Counted from the first letter of the stretch, positions 12,401 to 24,590 are shown. The stretch: 64,000 nt of DNA from Entomortierella parvispora E1425 (GCA_020891255.1 BQFW01000012.1:2108001-2172000), one strand, 5' to 3'. Notes: generated by a model not told the origin, from the sequence alone. Translations and numbers: made by a program.

Positions 12401-12927
12401 AGAATCTTGTCCAGCTCGGCAATGAGGATGGATTCCACGCTTGGCTTTGTGGAGACCAGGGCGATGAGAGGGTGCCGATTGTTTTTGACTCCAAACACTC
12501 TTTTCCTACTGCTGGCAAGCTTTGACTTTCCTGTTGGTTCCAGAGCGTCCTCTGCAGCCTTGACAAACAGTCCTCCGAGCGCGTGCACAATGTTGGCCAA
12601 CGACTGTCCTTGAGCAGCAGTCAGAGCATTTTCAAAGCCTTGAAAGGCGTCGTCCCACTCTAGCGCGTCCTTGCTCACGAGATCGACGATAGCAGCTGTC
12701 GCCACCGAGGAAGTATAGGATGTTGCGGAAGCGCATTGAGACCACAGTCGAGCGAGGGTAAGGTGCCTCGAGTTGTTCAGTGACGCGCCAGTGGTGATCA
12801 GCTGGTTCTTCAGGGTCGTGACTCGTTGCACATTGACCGATCGATGGGGATTAGCCGACGAGACAGCCGCGATGTCCTGGTCCGCGTCGGCGTTAGGCTG
12901 CGCCGATGGGAGTCTCCTGGATGCCAT
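6392..12927 (-). CDS. Large ARM/HEAT-repeat protein, focadhesin/RST1-like (DUF3730-type); multi-exon
   Basis: Long helical exons at 11069-12927, 9790-10650, 9380-9720, 8860-9230 and 6392-8780 are joined by GT-AG introns. Segments such as NRHPLIAL, LLQEAIPML...VLRTILTL, LFLIWKRQPRVWKTL and CANALFAITG resemble focadhesin/RST1. An alternative upstream start is possible near 13071. Confidence 0.6.
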
Positions 12928-13089
12928 TGGATGGGATGCTGAGAAGGAATGAGGGGGGGCTGCATTGGCGAGGCGAGAACGGCGAGGAAGAGCAGAGCAG
13001 GGCAGGGAAGGAGGTCTTAAGGGTGTGAAGTGCAGAGGGACCCTTTTCTCCACTGGGGAGTGAGAGTCCATCGCAGGGGCACAGAGGTG

Positions 13090-13092
<3 letters not shown>

Positions 13093-13126
<34 letters not shown>

Positions 13127-13127
13127 G
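13093..13127. repeat. (GTCT)n microsatellite in a divergent intergenic region
   Basis: About 8 perfect GTCT units; a (CTCTCCA)n tract follows at about 13224-13260. Confidence 0.9.
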
Positions 13128-13284
13128 AATGAGGAAAAAACGATCGGGGCCGTGCCTCCAGCAATTTTTTTTCTTTTTTTCTCCTTTTCTTTTTCATTCG
13201 TTCATTACACTGCATTACATCTCTCCTCTCCTCTCTCCACTCTCCACTCTCCACTCTCCATTTCCTGCTCCTTTTCATCACATC

Positions 13285-13938
13285 ATGACCGCATCAGCAT
13301 CATCAGCTCCACATACCCCCCTCGCTGCAAAGATCACCAACGAGGTCAAGGAGGAGGTCCGCGAGTTGGAGCAAGGCGAGGTCGACACAGTCGAGACCCC
13401 CGCCCGTTATCTCGCTTACCTGGCCCGCTATAGGAACCTCTTTGTTGCCTCCTCCCGCTACCTCGCCTACTCTTCTGATGTCGGTGAGGCCTTCAGACCT
13501 GTGACCCGGCCCTTCTTTGTCAACGCCATGTACGGAGTCTCGTTTGCCTATGTTGGTTTCGATGTCGCCTATGAGGGTTACAAGGCCAAGATCGCCGGTG
13601 CCAACAACGAGGTCGTCGGTATGACCGTCTTGAAGCGTGGTATCTTCCAGGGTTTGGCTTCTTTGCTCATGCCCGCCATCACCATCCACACGGTCGTTCA
13701 CCAATCTGGAAAGATCTTCAAGAACAGCGCCAATGCCACCTTGAAGCGTTGGGGTCCCACCGCCATCGGTCTTGCTGTCGTCCCTGCCCTCCCCGTCATG
13801 TTTGATCACCCCATCGAGACCGCTGTTGACAAGGTCTTTGAGATGTTGGAGGGTGGCGGTGGAAAGACCCTTCCTATGAACCCAACAGAAAAGGAGAAGG
13901 TCCTCGACGCCGTTATGAACAAGGAGAAGACAGAATAA
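13285..13938 (+). CDS. MTFP1: Mitochondrial fission process protein 1 (MTP18 family), intronless
   Basis: Motifs RYLAYSSDVGEAFRP, YGVSFAYV, IFQGLASLLMPAITIHTVV and WGPTAIGLAVVPALPVMFDHPIE; strong C-ending codon bias. Confidence 0.9.
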   Translation: MTASASSAPHTPLAAKITNEVKEEVRELEQGEVDTVETPARYLAYLARYRNLFVASSRYLAYSSDVGEAFRPVTRPFFVNAMYGVSFAYVGFDVAYEGYKAKIAGANNEVVGMTVLKRGIFQGLASLLMPAITIHTVVHQSGKIFKNSANATLKRWGPTAIGLAVVPALPVMFDHPIETAVDKVFEMLEGGGGKTLPMNPTEKEKVLDAVMNKEKTE

Positions 13939-14228
13939 GCGACTGACCTGAAATCCCTCTGATCTGCGGTCAAACACTACCAACATCTAATGACTTTCCC
14001 AACTTTGCAGTTTATTCTGCCCTGCAAAACCCCTTCCTCCGATAGACGGCAATAAACTTTACTTTTTTGTAGAGCTATCAGGGTCCTTTTTTTTCTGCGC
14101 GAACCTGGATTGAAAATGCAACAATGTTTATTCTGTAGATGATATGTAGATAGGAATTATTCGCCCGAACGGCAGGCACTTGCGATCGAACAGGTTTCCA
14201 AGTAAAGAGCAAGTACTTTCTTGCGTCC

Positions 14229-16382
14229 CTAGCAGGTGGTGTTGTTCCACTTGGCCTTGACATAGGTAGGCCACATAGTGTTGGTGTCAACACCGACACG
14301 GTAAGGAAGGGCCTCGTAAGTGTTGGCGGGGTCCAACTGCTTGAGAATGGGGATCATGAGGTTGGTAAAGAAGCTCAGCCAGACAACATCGACCAAATCT
14401 GCATCACCAAGACCCGTGGGCAAAGGCGAGGAAACATAGTTGGGAGCAGGGACATAGGGGATAGGGCTGTGAGGCCAATCATCTCCGCCCAGACCATAAT
14501 CGTCCTTGGTGACATAGCCAGGGGTCAAGGTCGCGTTCTCGGCAGACAATTGGAAGTTTGGCTCAGCACGCTTCTGGAAGGGTGCCTTGTTCAATGCACT
14601 CAAAATGTTTTTGGCGGCCTAATCCAAGAAGCAAGTTAGTCACCATTAAAAAGACAAATATGTCCTCCAAGCAAGTATCATACCTTGAATGGGACGGAAG
14701 CGTAAGCAAAATCGTCATGGAAGGGACTGACGATGAAGGTATCATCGTACGTGAATGGCCCCTTAGTAACATCAAAGCGCTGGCATCCAGAGTTGATGAG
14801 AACAAAGGCAGGGTTGGGGCGAGTCTTGTCAATGACGCTGAATGGCAGGATCTCCTTGGTAACCAAGTCCAAAAGCGAACGGCTGTCAGTGTAAGGGTAG
14901 CGGCTCAGGTAATAATCCTGAGGGGCGCATCCAAAGGCATTGGAAAGGTTCAAAGACTGGCGGTGATGAGTGATCTCCTTCGAGATCTTGCGTCCTCTCC
15001 AGGTATCAAACTTTTGGCGGGGGTGAGCAAGCGAGTGGGTCTTGTACGTATGAACGTTAGTGTCGAGGTAACGGCGGCTGACAGTCAAGTTCTTGCCGAC
15101 ACAGTTGGCCTCAATGCGGCAAGCGCGGTCATGGATACCGGAGACAGACATCCAACCCAAAGTCTCCATAAAGCGACCAGCAGAGAGACCGTAGGCGCGG
15201 CCATCATACGCGGTGAAATCACGAACGTGCAAATGTCCACCAAAGAGCAGGATGGGCTTGGAGGGGTGAACAGCACGGATGGCCTTGATGACAGCCACGG
15301 ACTCGGCCCAGCGGATAGGGGTATGTCCGACAATCAGATAGACATCCACATCCTCTTTGAGTGTCTTCTGGAACCATGGCAGGGTCACAGTGACATTCGA
15401 GGGCTCGATGATAGTGTTGTTGGCGGCACCGACAAAGTTGTAGAGGAAACCGTAACTCATCACGCGGGTACCGAACTTCATGCGGAACTTGTTGTAAAGC
15501 TTGCCGATAGGAACCGCCTTGTTCGAGTGACCATCTTTGATGAAGACGTTCGAGGTCAAGTAGCGCTTTCCCCACTTTGGTGCAAAGTTCTGATGAAAAA
15601 GAGAGCAGTTGAAGTTAGCGGCCGCGAAATGACGTTTACGACCGCGGCTCTTTGTGGTCATTTTTACCTTGTAGGTATCCTCGGCAATCTCGTTCAAATA
15701 AAGCTCGTGGTTACCAATGGCAAGAGCATCATCTAAAGAGAGAAAGGTTTAACAGCACTCGTCAGTCCATTGTGATTTGAGACCAATCGGACTGCCTCTA
15801 ATTGCCTTGCCGTGAAAGGGGACCTACAGTTGATCTATGGAGGAAAGGACAAAAGTTAGCCGCGATGAACTATGCAACAGTACAAAAGCAGCACAGCGAG
15901 TTTGATCTCTTCAACCTTTCAATTGGTATACCTTTTGGAAGATGGGATTCGAGACCTCACCATCGAGGGGAGTAGCGTCCGAGAGACCGTTGCCGTCGTG
16001 CAAGTCTATAGTTAGTTGTAGCCATCGTCAGAACATCAATCATGAATGCGAAAGAATTGCTTTAGAAGCCGTGCCTGTTTTTTTTTTTTTTACCTCCAGA
16101 GTCGACGACCAGCAGATCCTTGCGACGATGGACAGCCTGCTCACGCATGTGCGAGAGAAAGGACGAAAAGTCGCCAAAGTCGGCAGAGTAGGACCCCTCC
16201 TTGACATGACCCGACAACCAACCGTGAGTATCGGTGGTGGAGATGACATTGAGGTCACCCCACACAAGAGGACGGAGGTCGACGGGAGTTGGCTTCGCAG
16301 CACCAGGCTGAGAGCGGGGCTCGAGATGCTCGACATGAGCCGCAGCGACGGCCACCAAAGACAAGAGGGCGAGGAAACGCAT
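14229..16382 (-). CDS. Secreted 5'-nucleotidase / calcineurin-like metallophosphoesterase (YHR202W-like), multi-exon
   Basis: Signal peptide MRFLALLSLVAVAAA. Metallophosphoesterase motifs TTDTHGW and, across the first intron, VDSGDLHDGNGLSDAT; also GHTP and FGGHLHVRD. The C-terminal nucleotidase domain includes INSGCQRFD. Confidence 0.88.
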
Positions 16383-17203
16383 GGTTGGCCGAGATGGGGG
16401 GATAAGGGGAGAAAGAAAGGGAGTCGTAAAGAGTCAAACCAAGAGAGAAGGAGGCGATGACTCTCTTTTATACTTGCGGAGTGGTACGATGAGAGGCTAG
16501 TGCAGGTCCGAAGTTCGACCTGCAGGGATCCCTGGTAAGAAAAAGCCGTTGACCAGAGGTATGTTGGTTTTTAGCGCGTTTTTGCTCTCAACCAAAAGCG
16601 ACCCTTCTCAACCCACGCACGTTGATGCATCTGTTTGTCCACACTTGCTCGAGTTGCTTCGTTGCTTCCCTGATTTCTGGCTCCCAAAGTGACCAAGTCA
16701 GCCAATAGGGTGCTGTTCGGTGAGCCCTTGTATGACGGCGGACCCGAAATCCCTCGGTATGGTGTGGCGTGGGGGAGTTGAAGTATTCAATTCAGATGTA
16801 TCAGTCAACGGTTCACACGCCTTACCAATGGTATCTGTTTTGAAGTATGGTCGAGAGTCAAATGCGTGGAAAAAGATGGCTCTCTGATGGAAGAACATGT
16901 TGGTAAGCAATACATAGAGTCTACTCCTTATTACAATATGACGGCATGGCACTGCAGCCTGATCTTCTCCTCGTAGGCAGATAGCACGGCGCCGGCAAGA
17001 TTACCCCAGCAAGTCTCTCGAACCCAGGTAAACAGGTAGGGCTTGTGAGAAAGTAAAAATGACCAATCAGCTCCGCCAAATCTGACGCGTGAGATTGAGC
17101 AGCGTGTCCACAGGGCAGGATATCATTATTTACTCCATTCCACCTAATCGGAGGATTGCTCTGAAATGAAGGCTGCACTGCATCTAATCCATGTCTTTGA
17201 ACT

Positions 17204-18498
17204 TTGCTAGGGACACGACGATCGGACCTGAATCGGACCATTCGATCCAGGCACGTTCCCATAGGCGTGTCGATCTTGGACTACCTTCCCGGGCTCAAGT
17301 ATGGGTGCTTTCGGGATCATCATCATCCTATCATCTTTGTGCGCCAAAGAAGCAAGATATTGCTTCTTCACTATAGAAGCAAATGGCCCACTTGGGACGG
17401 AGGTCAGTTGCCCCTGCAAGGTGCTAACATCTCTTGCCATGGCCTGCTGAGGTCTTATTCAGAAGGGAATGACTAGCAAAGGGGACTGTGGGCCGTTTTT
17501 ACTCTCTCTCCCAAGATTTTTCTTAATCTGGAGCAGGTGGCCACTCCGAGAGTGTCCGTCTGTGCGACAGACCACAACGGCTGTCGATCCCTGCACTCTC
17601 CTCTCCTTTGCTCTCTCCTCCTCCTCCAGCCACATCATTGAGACAGCCTTCAGTACCTCTCACATCGGGGCGTTTCTCGGTGCCTGAGCTGCTTGACCAT
17701 CTATTTCCCTCTTCGCCTGCGGGAAGGTGCTGATTTGGCCCAGGGCCAAAAGCTGCAAAGACACCGCAGACCTTGGAGAACGTTCGTATCACTGACTGCG
17801 AAGCTTTTAATAGCCGTGCGATCCAAGCATTGCTTTGCTCAGCTCCTCAACTGAAAAGATTCGATGTCCTCCCAAGCAGCCAGTGGCGGCGCATGCAATA
17901 TAACAAGTTGCATGCCAGTGATATTTTAGAGACAGGGCTGGATTGGGTCTGCCTGGAACTCCAGTCCTTCAAGTGTATCATTGATGGGGTTCCGCGACCG
18001 GATATCTCTACGAACACCAGCGGAATCCCTTTGGATGGCGACCTCAACAACCCTTCTGTCTACTCCAGGGCAGCGAGTCGATCGATTCAGAGACAGGTCA
18101 TGGCTCAAATCGGCAGTTTGACCAAGCTGCAAGAGATATCGTTGGGACAAGATGTCATCAGTAGACCTGAAGATTTTATGTTCCTTGATGACGGGTTTGG
18201 GGACGACGACGACGAGGAGCTGGCTGCCACATACCAATACCAGTGTCTTAGCATGACACTGGAAGACGGATTGGACCTGTTGAAAGACCTAAAGTTTATG
18301 AGGAGGATGTTCCTGGAACGAATGAGCGATCGTCTACAGTCTGCCGTACAAGAATGGATCCAAGAAAGCTGGCCAGACTTTGGGAAGGAGTCGCGAGACA
18401 GTTTCTGGACTGAGAGAGGACACAGCTGTGAGATTGGAGCTGGCTTTATCCAGAGAGGAGTATCCACTGCAGACTGGCACCGTTTCGACTGGTGGTGA
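17204..18498 (+). pseudogene. F-box/LRR-family pseudogene; only the C-terminal part (17734-18498) is open
   Basis: 17773-18498 encodes the family-typical LRR C-terminus (TLENVRI, WVCLELQSFKCII.GVPRPD, LEDGLDLLKDLK, EWIQESWP). An in-frame TGA at 17731-17733 lies directly upstream of FGP, and upstream frames are broken. No F-box start was found, so the left boundary is uncertain. Confidence 0.6.
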
Positions 18499-19666
18499 AC
18501 GAACTGACAATAAAATTCGTGGTGGCGACACTTTCACCAAAACAAAACAAAACTAAAAAAAAAAAAGGTTCCAGTCTTGTCGAACACACGACGCGTTCGC
18601 GTTCTGGGAGATCTTGGTCTTGTATCCCTTGCCCGCCCTTGATGTTTTCATTCTGCACTGGGCACCTGGGGTCTGTTCTCTCAATTTAATAACTGTCAAC
18701 TTTTTATTCATCAACTGTCATTCTATCTAGGGCCTGCTCTCAGTCACCTCGCTTTCTACAACGAGAAAGCAAAAGTGTGCAGGGCGCGCCAACGAGCAGG
18801 CGGCAGGTCATCGCGTCCCGTACCTACCTTATACTATACCTGGTTTATATACCTCCACTCGAGACAGTGGACTGCACCTTAAAGCACTTGAGATCTAGCA
18901 TGGTCATGTCGCCCCCAGCCTCTCGGCCAAATTAGTGACTTGAGTGCCAAACTAGTGGAATCAACTCAAGACGAGGGAAGTACCGAGGTCAGCTTTGGAC
19001 CCGGTGCTTGGAGGGGTTGTAAGTAAGATGCGGTGTCTGCCAAGAGTGAGGACGATGGCTTGGAGCAGGGATAGTCTTATAGACAACAGCAAAAAAAAAG
19101 AGCAAAAAAAAACCAAAAAAGCAAAGAAAGCAACATGCAAGGACAATGAACAAACGAATCAAACAAAGAATGAGAAGAAAGGAATGAGCCCAAGTAATCG
19201 CCGTTACCATTTCGAAAGTGAAAGATGTAGCATGGTTTCGGCTACGGAAGGGGTGGACATCAAGGCTGAGGTAAGAGGGAGGAACGAAAGCAGTGCTGTG
19301 GTGAAGAAGAAAGGAAAAGAGAAAGGTGGCCAAAGTCCGTGCCTCCCTTTTTGGGCGTGTGCGTGTGCTGGGATGCCAAGCCACCGCATGCACCATGCAC
19401 GCGTCGATGCATACACCAAGAAAAAGTGAACTTCGAACTCTTGGTTCGCATGCATCTTCAAGGAACATGAGTTGAAGCCAATGTTATCCTTCACCATGGT
19501 GTTTGAGGGAAGAGAAGGGAAGGAGAGGAGAAGAGCTTTGGTGTTTGTGTTCTATGGTGTTTTGTCAAAGACGCTTGTACGGTGCGACGTGCATCTGTGA
19601 CCGTTAGTACGATGTTGGCAGATAGAAAGAATCCTCGCCATGGGCTGGAAGGTGATACTGCCTTTC

Positions 19667-19955
19667 ATCCGTGTCTTTGCAGCTTTGGACCCTGGGCCAA
19701 ATCAGCACATTCCCGCAGACGAAGAGGGAAATAGATGATCAAGCAACTCAGGCTCCGAGAGGCGCCCCGACCTCCGTGAGAAGTACTGAAGGCTGCCTCG
19801 ATGACTGTGGCAGTTTCGATGGCGGGAGGAACAAGGGAAGAGCGAAGGAGGATGCGCAAGGAGAAGAGTGCAGGAATCGACAGCCGCTGTATATGTAGTA
19901 TGTCGCACAGACGGACACGCCCGTTCTTTTGAAGTTGTGGCCCCTGCTCCTGATG
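19667..19955 (-). repeat. Inverted copy of 17525-17765 (F-box/LRR pseudogene segment)
   Basis: The core 19671-19752 is the reverse complement of 17683-17764 with about 6 mismatches in 82 nt. Adjacent sequence aligns with indels (gtgtccgtctgtgcgaca, ggctgtcgat, cagccttcagtac). Confidence 0.9.
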
Positions 19956-20124
19956 AAAGAAACCATGAGTGGAAATAGCTTTTTTTGGCTCGGACTTTGA
20001 CAGGAAATAAAGCCGCCCGCCTGAACCAGTATTTTTTGTTTCGGGGCGACATTCGCTCCTCTTGTTTGTCTGCGCATTCTGTCTTCTTCATTTGCTCATT
20101 CGGACATCCATTATTCATTGAACA

Positions 20125-20664
20125 ATGTGCCACAGAGTCATCTGCCCTGACTGTGGAAAGTACACCTGGGAAGGTAACTAACCGTTGGCCATGTCTGCTG
20201 TTTGTTTGTTCCACCACACGGTCAATGTGTAACTCACAACTGGCTTTGCTGTAGGATGCGGTCTGCACATCGCCCAGGCCCTTCGAGGTCTCTCTCTCGA
20301 ACAAATATGCTCCTGCGACGACGATGTGGATAGCGAACACACTCTCTCGATCTCATCCAGGAAGAATGGCTTGTCCACGCCTGTTCCAGCCACAACGACA
20401 GCTGGAGCCGACAAGTGGACGTGCAACAAAGACAAAGACCCTTCTGCAGCCTGCCAAGAGCCACCTTCACCTGTGGAGTACAAGCTCTCCAAGATTTCAA
20501 GCGCCAAAGCAGCCGAGTCTGCCTTCCGACGGGAGCAGCAGGCCGAGGCACTGGAGGAGTTGCGCAGGGCCAAGAGAGAGAAGGAACAGGCACTCAAGGA
20601 CTCCAACAAGAATGCACTGGAGAAATTGATGCAAGGATTGGCCCAGGCAACCAAGGCAACATAA
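20125..20664 (+). CDS. Small two-exon protein (152 aa): N-terminal Cys/His zinc-binding motif plus C-terminal coiled coil
   Basis: Exon 1 is 20125-20173 (MCHRVICPDCGKYTWE-G), followed by a GT-AG intron at 20174-20254 (gtaact...gctgtag). Exon 2 is 20255-20664 (CGLHIAQALRGLSLEQICSC...), in frame with the ORF-track ORF 20326-20664. Total 459 nt. Confidence 0.8.
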
Positions 20665-21259
20665 GTCTCGTAAACTAGAGTAGCAGCGCACCGGAAGGAA
20701 GGATGTTGCTTCACCGTGGCACGTTTGAAAATATACCTCATTTTTTTTATTATTTCCAAAACGAAGCCAAAACGAAGCCGATGCAGAGAAGAGAGCAAAC
20801 GAGAGAAAAGGGGACGACCAGAGGCAGTCTGAGTTGCAAGCGTGGGAGAGTAGATGCATGCAAATGAATGCACCTATTCAGCCACAATGGCCGTCTTGGG
20901 CAAGAGAGACGAGGACAGCGCAGAGAGAAAAGAGACAGAGCCAACGGACAGCTCAGCCACTCGAGTGAGTTAGACCCTTTTTGATTTTCACGCACAATGC
21001 CAGTGCAAACAGGCAGGTGACAACATACCACGGCAAGACACACTGCCTTTGTCTTGCTTTTGCTTTGCTGCTCTGTCTTTTGGTAATCGCCTTCATTCTC
21101 TCTCATCACTTCATTCATTCATCCCATTCGCCCCATTCGTCATTCGTCATTCTTCATTCTCATTCCATCGGGCTTCATTGCTTGTCCCTTCTGCGACAGT
21201 CGTGATCACTTTTAGACACTGGATTCAGTCATTCCAACAGCCAGCGTAGGATTGACTGC

Positions 21260-24200
21260 ATGGGATCAATCAATTCACGAGAGGCTGCCGAAGATGCAGA
21301 GCATTTCCATTCTCCAGAAACACACAATGAGGGCCGACCTCTGCTGGCTCGATACTTCCACGCCGATAGCGGGGTCCCCAGACCGTTCCCCACCGCACCA
21401 GTGACCGCGCTGATTAAGGAGGCTCGGTATTGTACGTCATTCTTGTCACCACGAGACAACGCTCACAACGCCACTAAAACTATGACCAACCGTTGTGGGG
21501 CTGTGGGCGAAGCGGCAAGCAACACCCTAGCAACACCCTAACAATCCACCTCCTGCTTTTCCTTCTTTGTATACCTTGCAAACGCTTTTCTTCATTCACC
21601 CATCTCAGCCATCATCAACGCCCTCGACACGTCGCTCACGCGTGACGAGCTGGGCTCGCCCGAGATCTACCTGGCGCTCTTACTGCCCATTGTCCGAAAA
21701 TACCGCGAGGAGAGGCGTGAGACTGCAGCTGTATATTGCTTTCTTCTCAATCGATGGCAGTTCTTGAAGGACGCAGAAGGAGATCTCGCCAACGCTCGAC
21801 TGAATGAGACCAGGTAAGTAGCCATTCAACCGTGTGTTGAATCCACAGGATGTAATCGAAATCCGAGCTAACGACCCTTTTTGTGCAACGTTCGCCTGTG
21901 CCGTCATTTCCACAGGGCCCATGCATGCGAGATTGTTGCTACAAAGTGAGTGATTCTTTATCGGGTTAGTGCCTGCGTTCGTCCCCTTGCTAATCGACTT
22001 AAATCCCTTCGTTCTTAGGGTGCTCAAAGCCTTCACTTTGCGCCAACTGATTGATGTGTTGACATACGACTTTTTCCCAGTAAAACGTAAGAAGCGACTG
22101 GGACAGGAGACGAGAGAAAAGATAATCGCCGTGAGCAGGGAACTCATGACCCTGGTTTTAATCTAATAGGGAAAGATGCTCGATCTCGACTATATCTCCC
22201 TCACTTTGAAGGGGAGCCTTCCACAGAACCGATGAGTGCATTGGAAGTCGCCATTTCAGGAAGAGCAAAGCACTTTATATCAAATCCGCTGGTTCAGGAA
22301 ATCATAAGTACGTGTCGTACTCACTGTTCTCTCGCCGTATCATGGTACTGAAAATGGACACGATCGCTAACCCATGGCTATAATAGATCAGATTTGGTTG
22401 GGACAGATCGTGTTCTTTTCGAACGCCATCGACAACCCAGACTCTTGTTTACATGCATCACAGCAGGAGATTCGTACTGTCACTGTGTACGACAGTAGGG
22501 ACATCAAATTCCTTCGACTGTCGAGGCTGCGTGTGCCACGATACAAGACTACGTTCCAAATGGTGTCTTTTTCAGCATTCATTCTTGTATATACTCTGGT
22601 CACATTCGCAAAAGACACTGAACTTACAGCCATGGAAGTGGTAGGTGGATAATGTTGATCTGATGGACAATGGTGAGGGAGATGGACCCTTTGCTAATAT
22701 TTTATGGACTTAACATGGGTAGATTATGGACCTATTCGCCCTGTCGTTCACGTTGGATGAGTTTCTGCAACTCAAAGACTCCGGACCCTCATTTTACTTC
22801 GAGACAGTTTGGAATCTTTTTGATGTACCGATTTACCTCATTTTCCTCGGATTTATGGGACTTCGAATCAGCACCTTCTTTACAGGATCGACCGAGATGC
22901 ACTACTTTGCCTATGACTTTTTGGCCTGCAACGCCATTCTACTCTGGCCGAGGCTATTCGCTGCTTTGGGTAATGTTGGATGCATACAGCTGTGAATGCG
23001 TTGATGTTCCTCAGACAGAGTTAACATATGCTTGCCTTGTAGACCATTACCGATTCTTTGGAACCATGTTGATTGTGCTACGCCAAATGCTGTTGGACGC
23101 CATGCTGTTTCTCGCTCTTTCTTTTATCTTCTATGTGGGTTTTCTTCAGGCATTCTATGTAAGAATTTGATCCGAGGCAAGTCTGCGGTTTTTTTTTGAA
23201 ATCACGAACAATGAACTTAGCACCCTTCCCCAACTCGTTTAGACCCTACATGACAACACAAAATCCTACGGGGAAATTGCCTGGCTGTTGCTTCAGGTTT
23301 TTTTTGGATCGGCATTCTTGGGATTCGAGGAAGCGGACGAGCTGTCTTTGCTGTTTGGCGCCCCATTGATGGTGCTGTTCGTCGCCATCTCGGTCCTCAT
23401 GTTGTACACATTGCTCATTTCCATTTTCTCACAGACATTTTCTGAAGTAAGTGATGCACCTAACTGGCAACAGAACAATGCCAACATTCCATGCCCTGTT
23501 CTAACTGCTCTTTTGTGTGCTCTAGGTGAGTGCAAATGCCAAGGAGGAATTCATGTTTTTGTTTTCGGTCAAAGTCATGGAGGAGGTGAAATCGGATGCA
23601 CTCTACGAGTTTCAACCGCCGTTCAACATTATGGCAGGAATCTTTGTCTGGCCTTGCAGTTTCTTTTACCCTCCAGAGGTCGTCGGACGATTGAGTCGGG
23701 TGCTTTTACGATTCTTTTATTTTCCAGAATTGGTTTGCATCTGGTTGTTTGAGACTTTGGTGATGCAGAAACAGAATCAGTATCTACCTATCCGCTCAGG
23801 CATCGTGGATCATGAAGGAACCTACGGATCAGCTTCGGCAACAAGAGACACCACGAGTTCCTTGATTGGCGGAGGGGTCGCGAGGCGAAGACAGGAGGTG
23901 TCCAACGGGTCCGTGAAGGCATCGCAGGTCGAGTCTACGCGGGATGAAGAGGCATCACCAATGGAGCCTGAAGACGGGGTCACAGGAGATCAGCTCCAGG
24001 CAATGACTCCTCAGATGTTGAATCATCTCAAGACCAATGGCCTTAACAACACCCCAGCAGAAAATGAAGTCCTCTCACCATATTTCGAAAATATTCGTCG
24101 GTTCAGGGACGCCAGCAGATCAGCCTCGACGGTATCACTGCGAAGTAGCAGCGATCAGGATCAGGATCAATTGCCCTATACACCTTACTCTTATCACCCT

Positions 24201-24590
24201 CCTCTGCCAATCGGTATGGGTGTTGGCCTCGGACGTCAAGGAAGCATATCCGGCTATGGTCGTGTTCGTCAAGGAACCGAGGCGACTCTTGCCAACACGT
24301 ATCAGAGCATGTGGCCGCCGCATGGGATGGCAGGTGACATGTCATCTTTTTTGGATGGTGGCGCTCACTTTCCTCAGCCAATGCAGCAGGAACATCAACA
24401 GTGGCTCATGGAACAGGAAGTGGCTTCACAGCAGAATCAACAACAGCCCTTACTGCAATCCACTGACGCACAGGAGCTTGCTCGATTAATGGAGGATCGG
24501 TTCTCAGAAATACAGGTTCGCATGGAAGAAATGGAATCAAAGATTGACCGGTTGATCAGTGCAATTCTCGTTTCGAACGATGACAAATGA
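21260..24590 (+). CDS. YVC1: Vacuolar TRP-type cation channel, Yvc1/TRPY1-like; multi-exon
   Basis: Motifs ACEIVATK, LIDVLTYDF, SALEVAISGRAKHFISNPLVQEII, IWLGQIVF, LSRLRVPRY, WNLFD, LWPRLFAAL, FLGFE and TLLISI; 6-TM layout; acidic cytosolic tail. Confidence 0.88.

Noticed and set aside
14558-15736. 392-aa plus-strand ORF (also 13303-13986 minus and 54025-54867 plus)
   Set aside because: These are antisense shadows of strongly codon-biased genes (nucleotidase, MTFP1, RML2); they have no motifs and mostly non-ATG starts.
18961-19497. Cluster of overlapping ORFs including a Lys-rich and a Phe/Leu-rich one
   Set aside because: They arise from A-rich low-complexity intergenic sequence, with no coherent splice or codon signal.
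17525-19955. Inverted arms read as terminal inverted repeats of a DNA transposon
   Set aside because: The arms correspond to internal F-box/LRR coding sequence, have ragged ends and indels, and enclose no transposase. No target-site duplication was evident.
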